Source: an uncultured Clostridia bacterium (lineage in GTDB: Bacteria > Acidobacteriota > Blastocatellia > UBA7656). From it: a stretch of DNA of 64,000 nucleotides. The stretch is from assembly GCA_964615905.1 (NCBI GenBank), contig CAZTUB010000002.1, positions 154,538-218,537 on the forward strand, read 5' to 3'. Under the pieces are notes generated by a model that searched no databases, was not told the origin of the DNA, and saw only the letters and a list, made by a program, of their open reading frames with translations. A program made the translations under genes and the position numbers. Below are positions 10,401 through 19,738 of the stretch, one piece after another. Every line of letters begins with the position of its first letter. Within the stretch, counting starts at the first letter, position 1.

Positions 10401-11480
10401 CTATACCTGATCGAAGCCTGCGAAAACCGGTTCGGGTGCAAGCGAGACATTGAAAGCCTCGCTCACCCGACCCTTTATTATTTCGGCAAGCTCTCTGATT
10501 TCGCGCGCGGTCCCGCCGCCGCGATTGATTATCGCCAGCGAGTGCTTTGTCGAAGTGCCGACGTTGCCGTAGACGTAGCCGCGCCGAATGCCTGCGCGCT
10601 CGATCAGCCACGCGGCCGATAGCTTCACATTACCGCCGGGCGCTGGAAACGACGGTATGGCCTGGCCGTCTTTTAAAAACTCGCTCGCGCGCTGCTTGAT
10701 CGTCTCGAACTGTTCGGGCGACACGACGGGGTTTACAAAAAAAGAGCCGACGCTTCGCGAGTCCGGGTCCGCCGGGTCGATCACCATAGCCTTTCGCTTG
10801 CGCAGGCGTATGACCGATTCGCGCACCTCGGATAAATCCGGGTCCTGTTTCTCTTGCTCATCCAGATACCGCTTCAATTCTGCGTAGCGAACCGCCGGGC
10901 TGCCGCCCGCTCGAAGCCTGTAGCTCACCTCCGTGATGATGAATCGCTCGCGGTCTTGATGCTTGAACCGGCTGGCGCGGTACCCGAACTCGCACTCTGC
11001 GGCGGTCAGCCTTACAAGCCTGCGTGTCGAAAGATCGAATGCCTCGACAGAGACAAGCGACTCGCTCGTCTCCTGCCCGTACGCGCCGACGTTTTGCACG
11101 GGCGTAGCGCCGACGCGACCTGGAATACCCGACAGGCATTCGAACCCTGCCCACCCCCTATCGACCGCTAGCTCGACAAGCGGGTCCCACTCTTCGCCCG
11201 CGCCGACTCGCAACGAGACCTGATCCGCTTTCGTATCGCTTTCTATGCCCCGAATGCTTATGCGAAGCGCGAGGCCGGGCCAGCCGCTGTCTGCTATTAC
11301 AAGGTTGCTTCCGCCGCCGAGCACGAGCAGAGCGATACCGCGCGCGGCGGCCCACGAGACCGCTTCGCTTAGAGCGTCTGCCGAAGTGATCTCGGCAAAG
11401 AAGCGCGCCGGGCCGCCTATGCCGAGAGTCGTCATCTGTGCGAGCGGTACGTTCTGCTTTAATGAATCTTCGAATCCCAT
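10401..11480 (-). CDS. murB: UDP-N-acetylmuramate dehydrogenase
   Basis: TTLGIGGPA, LGGGSN, GIPGRVGATPVQNVGAYG, FGYRASRFK, SVGSFFVNP, KHSLAIINRG and EP motifs. Confidence 0.95.
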   Translation of the reverse strand: MGFEDSLKQNVPLAQMTTLGIGGPARFFAEITSADALSEAVSWAAARGIALLVLGGGSNLVIADSGWPGLALRISIRGIESDTKADQVSLRVGAGEEWDPLVELAVDRGWAGFECLSGIPGRVGATPVQNVGAYGQETSESLVSVEAFDLSTRRLVRLTAAECEFGYRASRFKHQDRERFIITEVSYRLRAGGSPAVRYAELKRYLDEQEKQDPDLSEVRESVIRLRKRKAMVIDPADPDSRSVGSFFVNPVVSPEQFETIKQRASEFLKDGQAIPSFPAPGGNVKLSAAWLIERAGIRRGYVYGNVGTSTKHSLAIINRGGGTAREIRELAEIIKGRVSEAFNVSLAPEPVFAGFDQV

Positions 11481-11784
11481 GGCTCAATCAAATCTCATGG
11501 CTCAATGGCAAGCTCAAAGCCTAACCTGCGAGGCGACGGGCAGTCTACCGCTTTTCGCCCGTCGGCTCACAAAAAAATACTTGTCACAGGAAGCCTGCTG
11601 GGAGTAGGATGTAGCCACAAGCGGAGGCCGCCCTTAAAAGCGATTGGTTGCGGCATCCACAGGAGAAGCGAATGCAACTCGTAATACGAATTCGATAACT
11701 ACCCTGCTACGTTAACGTCTGGTGTTCGCCTGCGCCGCCAGGCCGTATTGACCTGCGCCTTTTAACCCAATTTAAGCGACGATT

Positions 11785-12747
11785 ATGACTTCAACAAAGA
11801 CAGGAGTCGGCCCGACTGTGCCGGATAGGGCCGCGCTCAAATGTTCCGGCTTGATAAAGCGGTTCGTGGACGTGACGGCCGTAAACGGCCTCGACCTCGA
11901 AGTTCGCACGGGTGAATGTTTCGGCTTGCTCGGTCCGAATGGAGCGGGCAAAACCACAACCATCGAGATTCTCGAAGGGCTGACGCCGGCCGACGGGGGC
12001 ACGGTCGAAGTCCTCGGCGAAAGCTGGGGCAAGGGGCGCGACCGCGCGCTCCGCGAGCGTATAGGCGTTCAGCTCCAGGAAACACAGTTTGGCGAGAAGC
12101 TGAGCGTTGAAGAGACGGTCAGGCTCTTTCGCAGCTTTAACAAACGCGGGCGAAGCGTTGACGAAGTGATACAAACGGTCGAGCTTGAAGAGAAACGCCG
12201 CGCGCGCGTCGGCAAACTTTCGGGCGGCCAGAAACAGAGGCTCGCCATCGCCTGCGCGCTTGTCAGCAGCCCCGACCTGCTCTTTCTCGACGAGCCCACT
12301 ACCGGGCTCGACCCGCAGGCGCGGTTGAAGCTGTGGGAGATAGTCGAGCACTTCAAGGCAGGCGGCGGGACCATTCTGCTGACGACGCATTATATGGAAG
12401 AAGCGGCGCGGCTGTGCGACCGCGTGGCCATTATGGATCACGGTCGCATGATCGCGCTCGGCACGCCGAATGACCTCATACAGTCGCTCGGCGCTGACCA
12501 GATCATAGAGTTCACCGTAAAAGGCGAGCTTGACCCGGCGACGCTTGCGCGGCTTTCCGGCGTGCGCGGCGTGAATAAACGCGAGCGCGGGCACGCGCTC
12601 ACCGTTTCAGAGATCGCATCGGCGCTGCCTGCTCTGCTCGCGGAGCTGAAGCGCCAGCAGGTCGAGCTTGTTACCCTGACCACGCACCAGGCAACGCTTG
12701 AGGACGTGTTTGTCAATTTAACCGGGAGGAAGTTACGCGATGGCTGA
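11785..12747 (+). CDS. ABC exporter ATP-binding protein (DrrA-like)
   Basis: GPNGAGKTT, LSGGQKQR, LFLDEPT and TTHYMEE motifs. Confidence 0.93.
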   Translation: MTSTKTGVGPTVPDRAALKCSGLIKRFVDVTAVNGLDLEVRTGECFGLLGPNGAGKTTTIEILEGLTPADGGTVEVLGESWGKGRDRALRERIGVQLQETQFGEKLSVEETVRLFRSFNKRGRSVDEVIQTVELEEKRRARVGKLSGGQKQRLAIACALVSSPDLLFLDEPTTGLDPQARLKLWEIVEHFKAGGGTILLTTHYMEEAARLCDRVAIMDHGRMIALGTPNDLIQSLGADQIIEFTVKGELDPATLARLSGVRGVNKRERGHALTVSEIASALPALLAELKRQQVELVTLTTHQATLEDVFVNLTGRKLRDG

Positions 12748-13903
12748 AGCTAGAAAAGATTTTAGAGGCGGTGCCGAACTCGACGTGCGCGAACGCTCGG
12801 CGCCAGCGAAGCGAAGCGGTCAGGCGGGCGGCGAGCGGCTCAACCCGCTTGTCGAGCTCACGCTCGTCAGGATGCGTGAGTTTTTTCGCGAGCCGGAGGT
12901 CGTCTTCTGGGTATTCTTCTTTCCAGTGGTGCTCGCGCTCGTGCTCGGTATCGCATTCCGCAACACCGCGCCCGAGCAGACTCGCGTCGCGGTCGTAACC
13001 GGAGACAGCGGCGACACGGCCGAGGTTTCGCGAATAACGACCGCGCTCACGAGGTCAGACTCGACGGGGTTGTGGGCCGAGCCGCTCTCGCGCGATGAGG
13101 CGGCCCTCGCGCTCCGCACGGGCAAGGTGGCTGTCGTGATAAGCCCCGTCAATACCACCGAGGGCAAGCCTGGGATCGAGTACCGCTATGACCCCACGCG
13201 CCCGGAAAGCCGCACGGCGCGGCTCGCGGTCGATGACGCGCTGCAACGCGAGTTCGGGCGCGCGGACATCGTGAGCGTGCGCGAGGAGACGACCACAGAG
13301 CCGGGCGCGCGGTACATAGACTTTTTGATACCGGGGCTCATCGGCTTGAACCTTATGGGCAGCGGCATGTGGGGGCTGGGGTTTTCGGTCGTGCAGGCGC
13401 GAAACCGCAAGCTGTTAAAGCGGCTCGCGGCAACGCCCATGCGCCGGTCCGATTACCTGCTCTCGTTTATGTTCTCGCGGCTGGTTATCCTTATAGGCGA
13501 AGTGGCGGTGGTCGTCTTCTCGGCCTGGCTGATCTTCGACGTAAAGATGCAAGGCTCGCTTATCAACTTCACCGTCTTGTCACTTGTCGGGGCGGCGACG
13601 TTCGCGGGAGTAGGCCTTCTGGTCGCGGCGCGGCCCAAGACTATCGAAGGCGTGTCGGGGTTGATGAACCTTGTGATGGTCCCGATGTGGCTCTTTTCGG
13701 GGACGTTCTTTTCGGCCACGCGGTTCCCGGAGTTCCTGCTCCCGTTCATAAACGCGCTGCCGTTGACCGCGTTGAACTCTTCGCTCAGGGCGGTGATGAA
13801 CGAAGGCGCGTCGCTCAGCTCGAACTGGCCGCAGATATGCATCATGACCGCGTGGGCGGTTGCGAGCTTTATCCTTGCGCTGAAGCTGTTCCGCTGGCAG
13901 TAG
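12740..13903 (+). CDS. ABC-2 type permease
   Basis: RYIDFLIPGLIG, multiple TM helices, PMWLFSGTFF. Overlaps the ATPase gene. Confidence 0.9.
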   Translation: MAEARKDFRGGAELDVRERSAPAKRSGQAGGERLNPLVELTLVRMREFFREPEVVFWVFFFPVVLALVLGIAFRNTAPEQTRVAVVTGDSGDTAEVSRITTALTRSDSTGLWAEPLSRDEAALALRTGKVAVVISPVNTTEGKPGIEYRYDPTRPESRTARLAVDDALQREFGRADIVSVREETTTEPGARYIDFLIPGLIGLNLMGSGMWGLGFSVVQARNRKLLKRLAATPMRRSDYLLSFMFSRLVILIGEVAVVVFSAWLIFDVKMQGSLINFTVLSLVGAATFAGVGLLVAARPKTIEGVSGLMNLVMVPMWLFSGTFFSATRFPEFLLPFINALPLTALNSSLRAVMNEGASLSSNWPQICIMTAWAVASFILALKLFRWQ

Positions 13904-13911
13904 TGCTTTAA

Positions 13912-13942
13912 GGAGGGCGAAGGTCGAGAGCCTTCGCCCTCC
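13912..13942 (+). terminator. Intrinsic terminator-like hairpin
   Basis: GGAGGGCGAAGG / CCTTCGCCCTCC 12-bp perfect stem with a 7-nt loop, just after the permease stop. Confidence 0.7.
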
Positions 13943-14033
13943 CAATTTCGATTTACATATAAACTTTGTCGAATTAAAATGTCCGCGCTTTCCAGTTGTC
14001 GCTTTCAAGCCATAATCAGGACCCAGATCAAGC

Positions 14034-15857
14034 ATGAAAAACCGCACGCCACAGACACTTGTCGAGTTGCTAAAGCGAGCCGTCTCGGTGCGTCCTGAAA
14101 GCGAGCTGCTCAGGTACAAGCAGAACAAAGAGTGGACGGGCATAACGGGCCGCGCGCTGTCGGAACGCGTGCGCAATGTCGCTCTGGGGCTTTACAACCT
14201 CGGCGTGCGCAAAGGCGACCGGATCGCTGTGCTTGCCGAAAGCGGGCCGCTGTGGTCGATAACCGATTATGCCATCCTGTCTACGGGCGCGGTCAACGTG
14301 CCCATCTACCCGACGCAGCCTGCGCATCAGGTCGAGTACATACTCCGCGAGTCTGAGCCTCGATTGCTCTTCATATCGACCGCGCGGCAGATGGCAAGGG
14401 TCCGAGATGCGCTCGAAAAATTCCCGGACCTGAGGATAATCCCTTTTCAAGCTTCGGTGACGGGCGAAACGGTACTCCCGTTTGCGAAGCTCGAACAGGA
14501 CGGCGCGCGGCTGGCTGCCGAACGCCCTGAGCTTTATGACCTAATCTCGTCGGACGTAGCGCCGACCGATCTGGCTTCTATAATCTACACGTCCGGGACG
14601 ACCGGAGAACCGAAGGGCGCGCTGCTCACACATTCGAATATAGTCTTTAACGCGCTACAGTCGGCGCGCCATCTTCAGATAGAGCCGGACAATCTTATGC
14701 TCTCGTTTCTGCCGCTCTCGCACATATTCGAGCGGATGGTGCTCTATCTCTGCCTGCACTCGGGCGTGCAGATAAACTACGCGGGCGGCATAGAGACGGT
14801 CGCCGCAGATATTCAGGAAGTGAACCCGACCCTGATGTCGTGTGTTCCGCGACTGCTCGAAAAGATTTACGCGCGGGTGCAAAAGACCGCGACCGACAGA
14901 GGCGGCTTGAGCGAGAAGATATTCCGGTGGTCTGCCCGCGTGGCGCGCCGCTCGGCCGAGTTTCAAACGCGCGGAGAGGGCATGCCGCCGCTGCTCGCGC
15001 TCCAGCACGAGATAGCCGACAGCCTCGTCTACGCAAAACTTCGCAGCGCCGTCGGCGGAAAGATGAAGCGCATGGTGTCGGGCGGCGCGGCGCTTTCGCC
15101 TGAAATCGCGACCTTCTTCATCGGCGCAGGGATACCCGTGCTTCAAGGCTACGGGCTGACGGAAACCTCGCCGGTCATCGCCGTCAATACGCTCGAAGCC
15201 AATCGCATTGGGTCGGTGGGGTTGCCGCTGCCGGGTCTTGAAGTCAAGATAGCCGAAGACGGCGAGATACTGACGCGCGGGCCGCACGTATTCGAGGGCT
15301 ACTTCAAAAAGCCGCAAGATACCGAGCAGGTCTTTGCCGAGAACGGCTCGCCGGGCCAGCAGAAGTGGTTCAAGACCGGAGACATCGGGCGCATAGACGA
15401 GGAAGGCTTCCTCTTTATCACCGACCGCAAGAAAGATTTGATAAAGACTTCGTCCGGGAAGTACGTCGCGCCGCAGGTGATCGAGGGGCTTATCAGCCAG
15501 AGCGATTTTGTCGAGCAAGCGGTCATCATCGGCGACAGGCGAAAGTACGTGAGCGCGCTCATCGTCCCCGATTTCGAGCGGCTGCGCGGCTGGGCAACGC
15601 AGCACAACGTCTCGACCGATAAGCGCGAGATGGTAGCCGACAAACGGACAATCGATATGATTCGCGAAGAGGTCAAGCGGCTGACGCCCGACCTTGCCGA
15701 TTACGAAAAGGTCAAACGGGTCGCGCTTCTCCCTTCGGAATTCACCATAGACGGCGGCGAGCTTACCCCGACGCTCAAGGTGCGCCGCCGGATAGTCGAA
15801 GAGAAATACCGCGATTTGATCGAATCTCTATATACGGGCGGCGAGGCGTTATCATAG
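14034..15857 (+). CDS. Long-chain fatty acid--CoA ligase (AMP-forming)
   Basis: YTSGTTGEPKG, GYGLTETSP, WFKTGDIG and TDRKKDLIKTSSGKYVAPQ motifs. Confidence 0.92.
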   Translation: MKNRTPQTLVELLKRAVSVRPESELLRYKQNKEWTGITGRALSERVRNVALGLYNLGVRKGDRIAVLAESGPLWSITDYAILSTGAVNVPIYPTQPAHQVEYILRESEPRLLFISTARQMARVRDALEKFPDLRIIPFQASVTGETVLPFAKLEQDGARLAAERPELYDLISSDVAPTDLASIIYTSGTTGEPKGALLTHSNIVFNALQSARHLQIEPDNLMLSFLPLSHIFERMVLYLCLHSGVQINYAGGIETVAADIQEVNPTLMSCVPRLLEKIYARVQKTATDRGGLSEKIFRWSARVARRSAEFQTRGEGMPPLLALQHEIADSLVYAKLRSAVGGKMKRMVSGGAALSPEIATFFIGAGIPVLQGYGLTETSPVIAVNTLEANRIGSVGLPLPGLEVKIAEDGEILTRGPHVFEGYFKKPQDTEQVFAENGSPGQQKWFKTGDIGRIDEEGFLFITDRKKDLIKTSSGKYVAPQVIEGLISQSDFVEQAVIIGDRRKYVSALIVPDFERLRGWATQHNVSTDKREMVADKRTIDMIREEVKRLTPDLADYEKVKRVALLPSEFTIDGGELTPTLKVRRRIVEEKYRDLIESLYTGGEALS

Positions 15858-15923
15858 AGCGTGTGAGAGGGACCGCCTTTCTCTTCTCGCCCGCCCGCGC
15901 CGTATGATAGGCTTTATCTCCTT

Positions 15924-17675
15924 ATGTGGTGGACGGCCCCAAGAAGTCCAGCCGTTTTTCTCGCCCTGGTGCTCACAGGCGCAATCACCGTCTGCGCCCA
16001 GACTTCGCAGAAGCCTCATGCGGTAGAGAACTCTCAGAACACGCGGATAAAATGGCTGCTCGCGCAGCTCGCAGAGAACGCGCGCCAGTCCACGGACGCC
16101 GCGTTTCGAGCGCGCGCGCAATGGCAGGCCGCAAGCTTGCTGTGGCCTCACGACCGCGAGCGAGCGCGCGCAATCTTTCGCCGGGTCTTCGAGTCGTTGA
16201 ATGCGCCCGCGCCGAGCGAGCGCGAACGAATCGAGCAGGACGCGACTTTGTCCTCGGCTGAAAGATACAGGCTTCGGTATGAGTTGCTCAATCAGGTAGC
16301 GGGCCGTGACTCGGAGCTTGCAGAAGAGTTCGCGCGGTCGCTTGCGGACACTGCGGCTGCTAGCGTTTCAGCCCCGCAAGAGGCTGAAAACATGGCTTCC
16401 TCAAGGGGCGACGGGCGAGAGCGCCGCGAGCTTCTGGTGAGCGTCGCGTTGCAGGTGGTCGAGCGCAACCCGTATCGCGCTATGGCTCTGGGCCAGCTCA
16501 GCCTCGGCTCGGCAGGCGACGGCGATCAGGCTCACTCCCCCGTATCGCCCAATTTTGCGCGACTGTTGACATTGATGCGCGCGGCAGACCCTGTGCTTGC
16601 AGACCTGCTCTTTTCGAGCGCGGTCGCGCGGCTTGAGCACATCTCGACGGTCGATCTGGCGGACATTCGCACGCTCGGCTCGTACCTGGTGTCGTCCGGG
16701 ACCTCGACGCTCAGTAAATCGGAAATAGTAAAGTTTCTTACGCTGGCATCGGACCAGATAAACCGCCACGTCGAGGCCGCGCAAGGGGCCGAAACAGACA
16801 GGGACGATTCGACCTCGATCTATTTCATACAGCGACAGCTTTCGGACCTGTTCGCGCGCTACCTTCCGGGAAGGCTTGCGTCGTTAAAGACCAGGGCCGT
16901 CACGGCCTCCGACACCGCCGTGGCAATCGTGCCCGGCTCGGCTGAATCTATGAGCCCTTCCGACGTCGCTCGCGCGGCGCGCGAATCGACGGACGCGCGG
17001 GCGCGCGACTCGCTCAATGCGCGGGCCGCGCTCGCATTTCTTGGCAGGGAAGAGGTGAGCGAAGCGCGCTCGCTCGCTTCCAAGGTTTCGAGCGACGAGA
17101 TGCGCGACCGCGTGCTGGTGCAGATAGCGAGGCGGCAGATGCAGGCGGGCGAGCTTGAAGAGGCAGTCGAGGTCGCGCGCTCAATCTGCGACCTTACGAC
17201 GCAGGTCGGCGTGATGGTGAGGCTGGCGGGCGCTGCGCTCGTGGCGAAAGATCAAACGCGCGCTGCGGAGCTTCTGAACGAAGCGGAATCTGTCGTTTCA
17301 AAATCGGAGGCTTCACCCGCCCGCGCGCAATCGCTGCTTTCGATTGCTGCGAGCTTTTCGAGCTTTGATACGCTGCGCGCTTTTGAAGTCACGCAGTCGG
17401 CTGTCAAAGCCATAAATGCCCTGCTCGATAGTACTGAAGACAAGGCCCGCGAGTATTCGGCGTCGCACATCAGCATAGACGACCTCTCCAATCTGAGCTT
17501 CAAAGAGACGCTCGCGGCGCTTGCGCGAACCGATTTCGACAGAGCGTTGCTGCTCGCGCAGCAGCTCTCTACAAGAGAAGCGACGGTGCTCGCTCAACTG
17601 GCGGTATGTCGCGGCGGCCTTACCGCGCAGCCGTCAGGCCGACAGGCGATCAAAGGCGAGACGGAAACTCACTAA
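15924..17675 (+). CDS. Exported all-alpha (TPR/ARM-like) hypothetical protein
   Basis: Signal peptide and long amphipathic helical repeats. Stop lies 9 nt before the kinase start. Confidence 0.7.
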   Translation: MWWTAPRSPAVFLALVLTGAITVCAQTSQKPHAVENSQNTRIKWLLAQLAENARQSTDAAFRARAQWQAASLLWPHDRERARAIFRRVFESLNAPAPSERERIEQDATLSSAERYRLRYELLNQVAGRDSELAEEFARSLADTAAASVSAPQEAENMASSRGDGRERRELLVSVALQVVERNPYRAMALGQLSLGSAGDGDQAHSPVSPNFARLLTLMRAADPVLADLLFSSAVARLEHISTVDLADIRTLGSYLVSSGTSTLSKSEIVKFLTLASDQINRHVEAAQGAETDRDDSTSIYFIQRQLSDLFARYLPGRLASLKTRAVTASDTAVAIVPGSAESMSPSDVARAARESTDARARDSLNARAALAFLGREEVSEARSLASKVSSDEMRDRVLVQIARRQMQAGELEEAVEVARSICDLTTQVGVMVRLAGAALVAKDQTRAAELLNEAESVVSKSEASPARAQSLLSIAASFSSFDTLRAFEVTQSAVKAINALLDSTEDKAREYSASHISIDDLSNLSFKETLAALARTDFDRALLLAQQLSTREATVLAQLAVCRGGLTAQPSGRQAIKGETETH

Positions 17676-17684
17676 AGGACTCGG

Positions 17685-19733
17685 ATGGCTTTAGGGCAAT
17701 TGATCGGCGAGGTGCTTGACGAGAAGTACCGTATAGAGAAAGAGCTTGGCCGTGGCGGCATGGGCGCGGTCTATCTCGCCACACATCTCGGCACGGACCG
17801 CCCGGTCGCGCTCAAAGTCATAACCCCGCAGTTTATGATGGAGGGCGAGTTTGTCGAGCGGTTCCGCCGCGAAGCCAAAGCGGCCGGTCGCCTTCGCCAT
17901 CCGAACGTCGTCGATGTTACGGACTTCGGGTTTGCGGGCCACGGCGCGGGGCGAGTCGCTTATCTCGTTATGGAATACCTGGACGGCTGCACGCTCGCGG
18001 AAGTGTTGAAGGAAGAGTCGCGGCTGCCGCTTGCGTGGGTCGTAGATATTTTGGAGCAGGTCTGCTCGGCTGTGGACGAAGCGCACCGTCAGGGAATAAT
18101 TCATCGCGACCTGAAGCCGGATAACATATGGCTTGAGCCGAACCAGCGCGGCGGGTACACGATAAAGGTTCTGGATTTCGGGCTGGCGAAGCTTGCCGAT
18201 TCGCCTGTTCAGGAGGAGAGCGGAGATGACCTGCCGCTTTTGCCCGCGTCCACTCAATTTCCCCGCACTCTGGCGCTCGGCCAGGGCGCGACGAGCACGC
18301 ACGACCACGACTTTTTAGAGTCGGCCACACGGATTCAAACGCCCGGCCCGGACATTACAGTCGATCTCGAACAAGAGCAAACCCGCATCTACACTCCGCC
18401 GGTCCCGGATGACGAATCGAACGGGTCCCAGGCGATGCCTCTCGAAGCCGCGACACAGATACAGACGGGCAGTTTAGACCATGACGATCCTGAAGACGGC
18501 GGCGGCACGCAGCGTATAGGCCAGCTTACGACCAACGAGAACCTGCAAGACGGCACGCGGGCCGACGACGGACTTACAAGAGTTGGCTCGATACTGGGAA
18601 CGCCCGCATACATGTCGCCCGAACAATGTCTCGGTCAGCCTCCCAGCGCGCGCTCAGACATCTATAGCCTTGGCGTGATCGCGTACCAGATGCTTGCGGG
18701 CCGTCCGCCGTTTTCGGGCGATATGGCAACCGTGATGCATCACCACGTCGAGACAGCGCCGCCGCCGCTCGAAGCGAAGAAACTGCCGAAGAGGGTCGCG
18801 GAGCTTGTTATGTCCGCGCTGGCAAAGGACCCTTCCGCGCGGCCCGAAACCGCCGCCGCTTTCGCAAGCGCGCTTCGCGCAAGGTCGGAAGGCGCGGGCA
18901 CGCTGCTTCGCCGGACCATGTCGCTTTACAGCGAGCACTTCCCGCTCTTTCTGCGGCTGTCGGTGATCGGCCACATCCCTTTGATCATCATTGCAGTTCT
19001 GGTTGCCATGAATACCGCGCTTGGGGCTTTGAACCTGATACCCGTCGAGCCGGGCTTGATAGTACTGGCGCTGTTGGGCTCGATCAGCAACATGTTCATC
19101 ACGCCCGTGATCGTCGCGGTCACCGCCTGGATGGTGACTCAGTTGATGACCGCCCCGCTTCGCCCGCTCAGGATTCGCTCGGCTTTCATGGCGCTCAGGA
19201 AAAAGCGGCTGTGGGCCTTTATGGGCACTGTCGTGGCCATGGCCTTGATGGTTGTGGTCGGCATCGGGCTGTTATTGATCGGCGCGATATATGTAATGAT
19301 CAACTACTCGCTGTACGTGCCCGTGATGATGATAGAAGGCAAGTACGGGCGTGCGGCATTCAGGCGCGCGAAAGAGCTGGTTAAGCGGGCCAGGGGTACG
19401 GTGGCGATGATCGTCTTCATACAGTTTGTGCTGCCTGCCGCGACCGGCGGCATCCTGGGAATGATGCTCCAATCTGTCGCCAGGAACCTCAATCTGAGCG
19501 TCACGTCGGGCGCGATAGAGATAGTCGGCGGGTTGATACGACTGGTGATTCTCATCCTGATCACTCCGCTCATCGCCGTCTTGACGTCGCTGCTCTATTT
19601 GAAGATGCGGCAAGCCGGGGGCGAGTCTCTCAAAGAGGCGCTCGGCATGGTCGAAGCAGACGACAAGGCTTCGAGCAAATGGGAACAGCGCATGCGGGAG
19701 CGGCTGTCGATGTCGTCGCATTCGACCCGGTAA
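17685..19733 (+). CDS. Hanks-type Ser/Thr protein kinase with long activation-loop insertion and C-terminal multi-TM domain
   Basis: LGRGGMGAVY, VALK, HRDLKPDN, DFG...GTPAYMSPE and SDIYSLG motifs. Hydrophobic C-terminal third. Confidence 0.93.
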   Translation: MALGQLIGEVLDEKYRIEKELGRGGMGAVYLATHLGTDRPVALKVITPQFMMEGEFVERFRREAKAAGRLRHPNVVDVTDFGFAGHGAGRVAYLVMEYLDGCTLAEVLKEESRLPLAWVVDILEQVCSAVDEAHRQGIIHRDLKPDNIWLEPNQRGGYTIKVLDFGLAKLADSPVQEESGDDLPLLPASTQFPRTLALGQGATSTHDHDFLESATRIQTPGPDITVDLEQEQTRIYTPPVPDDESNGSQAMPLEAATQIQTGSLDHDDPEDGGGTQRIGQLTTNENLQDGTRADDGLTRVGSILGTPAYMSPEQCLGQPPSARSDIYSLGVIAYQMLAGRPPFSGDMATVMHHHVETAPPPLEAKKLPKRVAELVMSALAKDPSARPETAAAFASALRARSEGAGTLLRRTMSLYSEHFPLFLRLSVIGHIPLIIIAVLVAMNTALGALNLIPVEPGLIVLALLGSISNMFITPVIVAVTAWMVTQLMTAPLRPLRIRSAFMALRKKRLWAFMGTVVAMALMVVVGIGLLLIGAIYVMINYSLYVPVMMIEGKYGRAAFRRAKELVKRARGTVAMIVFIQFVLPAATGGILGMMLQSVARNLNLSVTSGAIEIVGGLIRLVILILITPLIAVLTSLLYLKMRQAGGESLKEALGMVEADDKASSKWEQRMRERLSMSSHSTR

Positions 19734-19738
19734 TCAAC

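Noticed and set aside
11670-11715. tmRNA-like tag reading frame, or 6S/SRP/yybP-ykoY RNA
   Set aside because: Only short motif resemblances (GGGAGTAG, GGATGTAGC). It lacks tRNA-like ends, the SRP GGAA/AGCAG loop and other class-defining elements. Kept only as an unnamed candidate.
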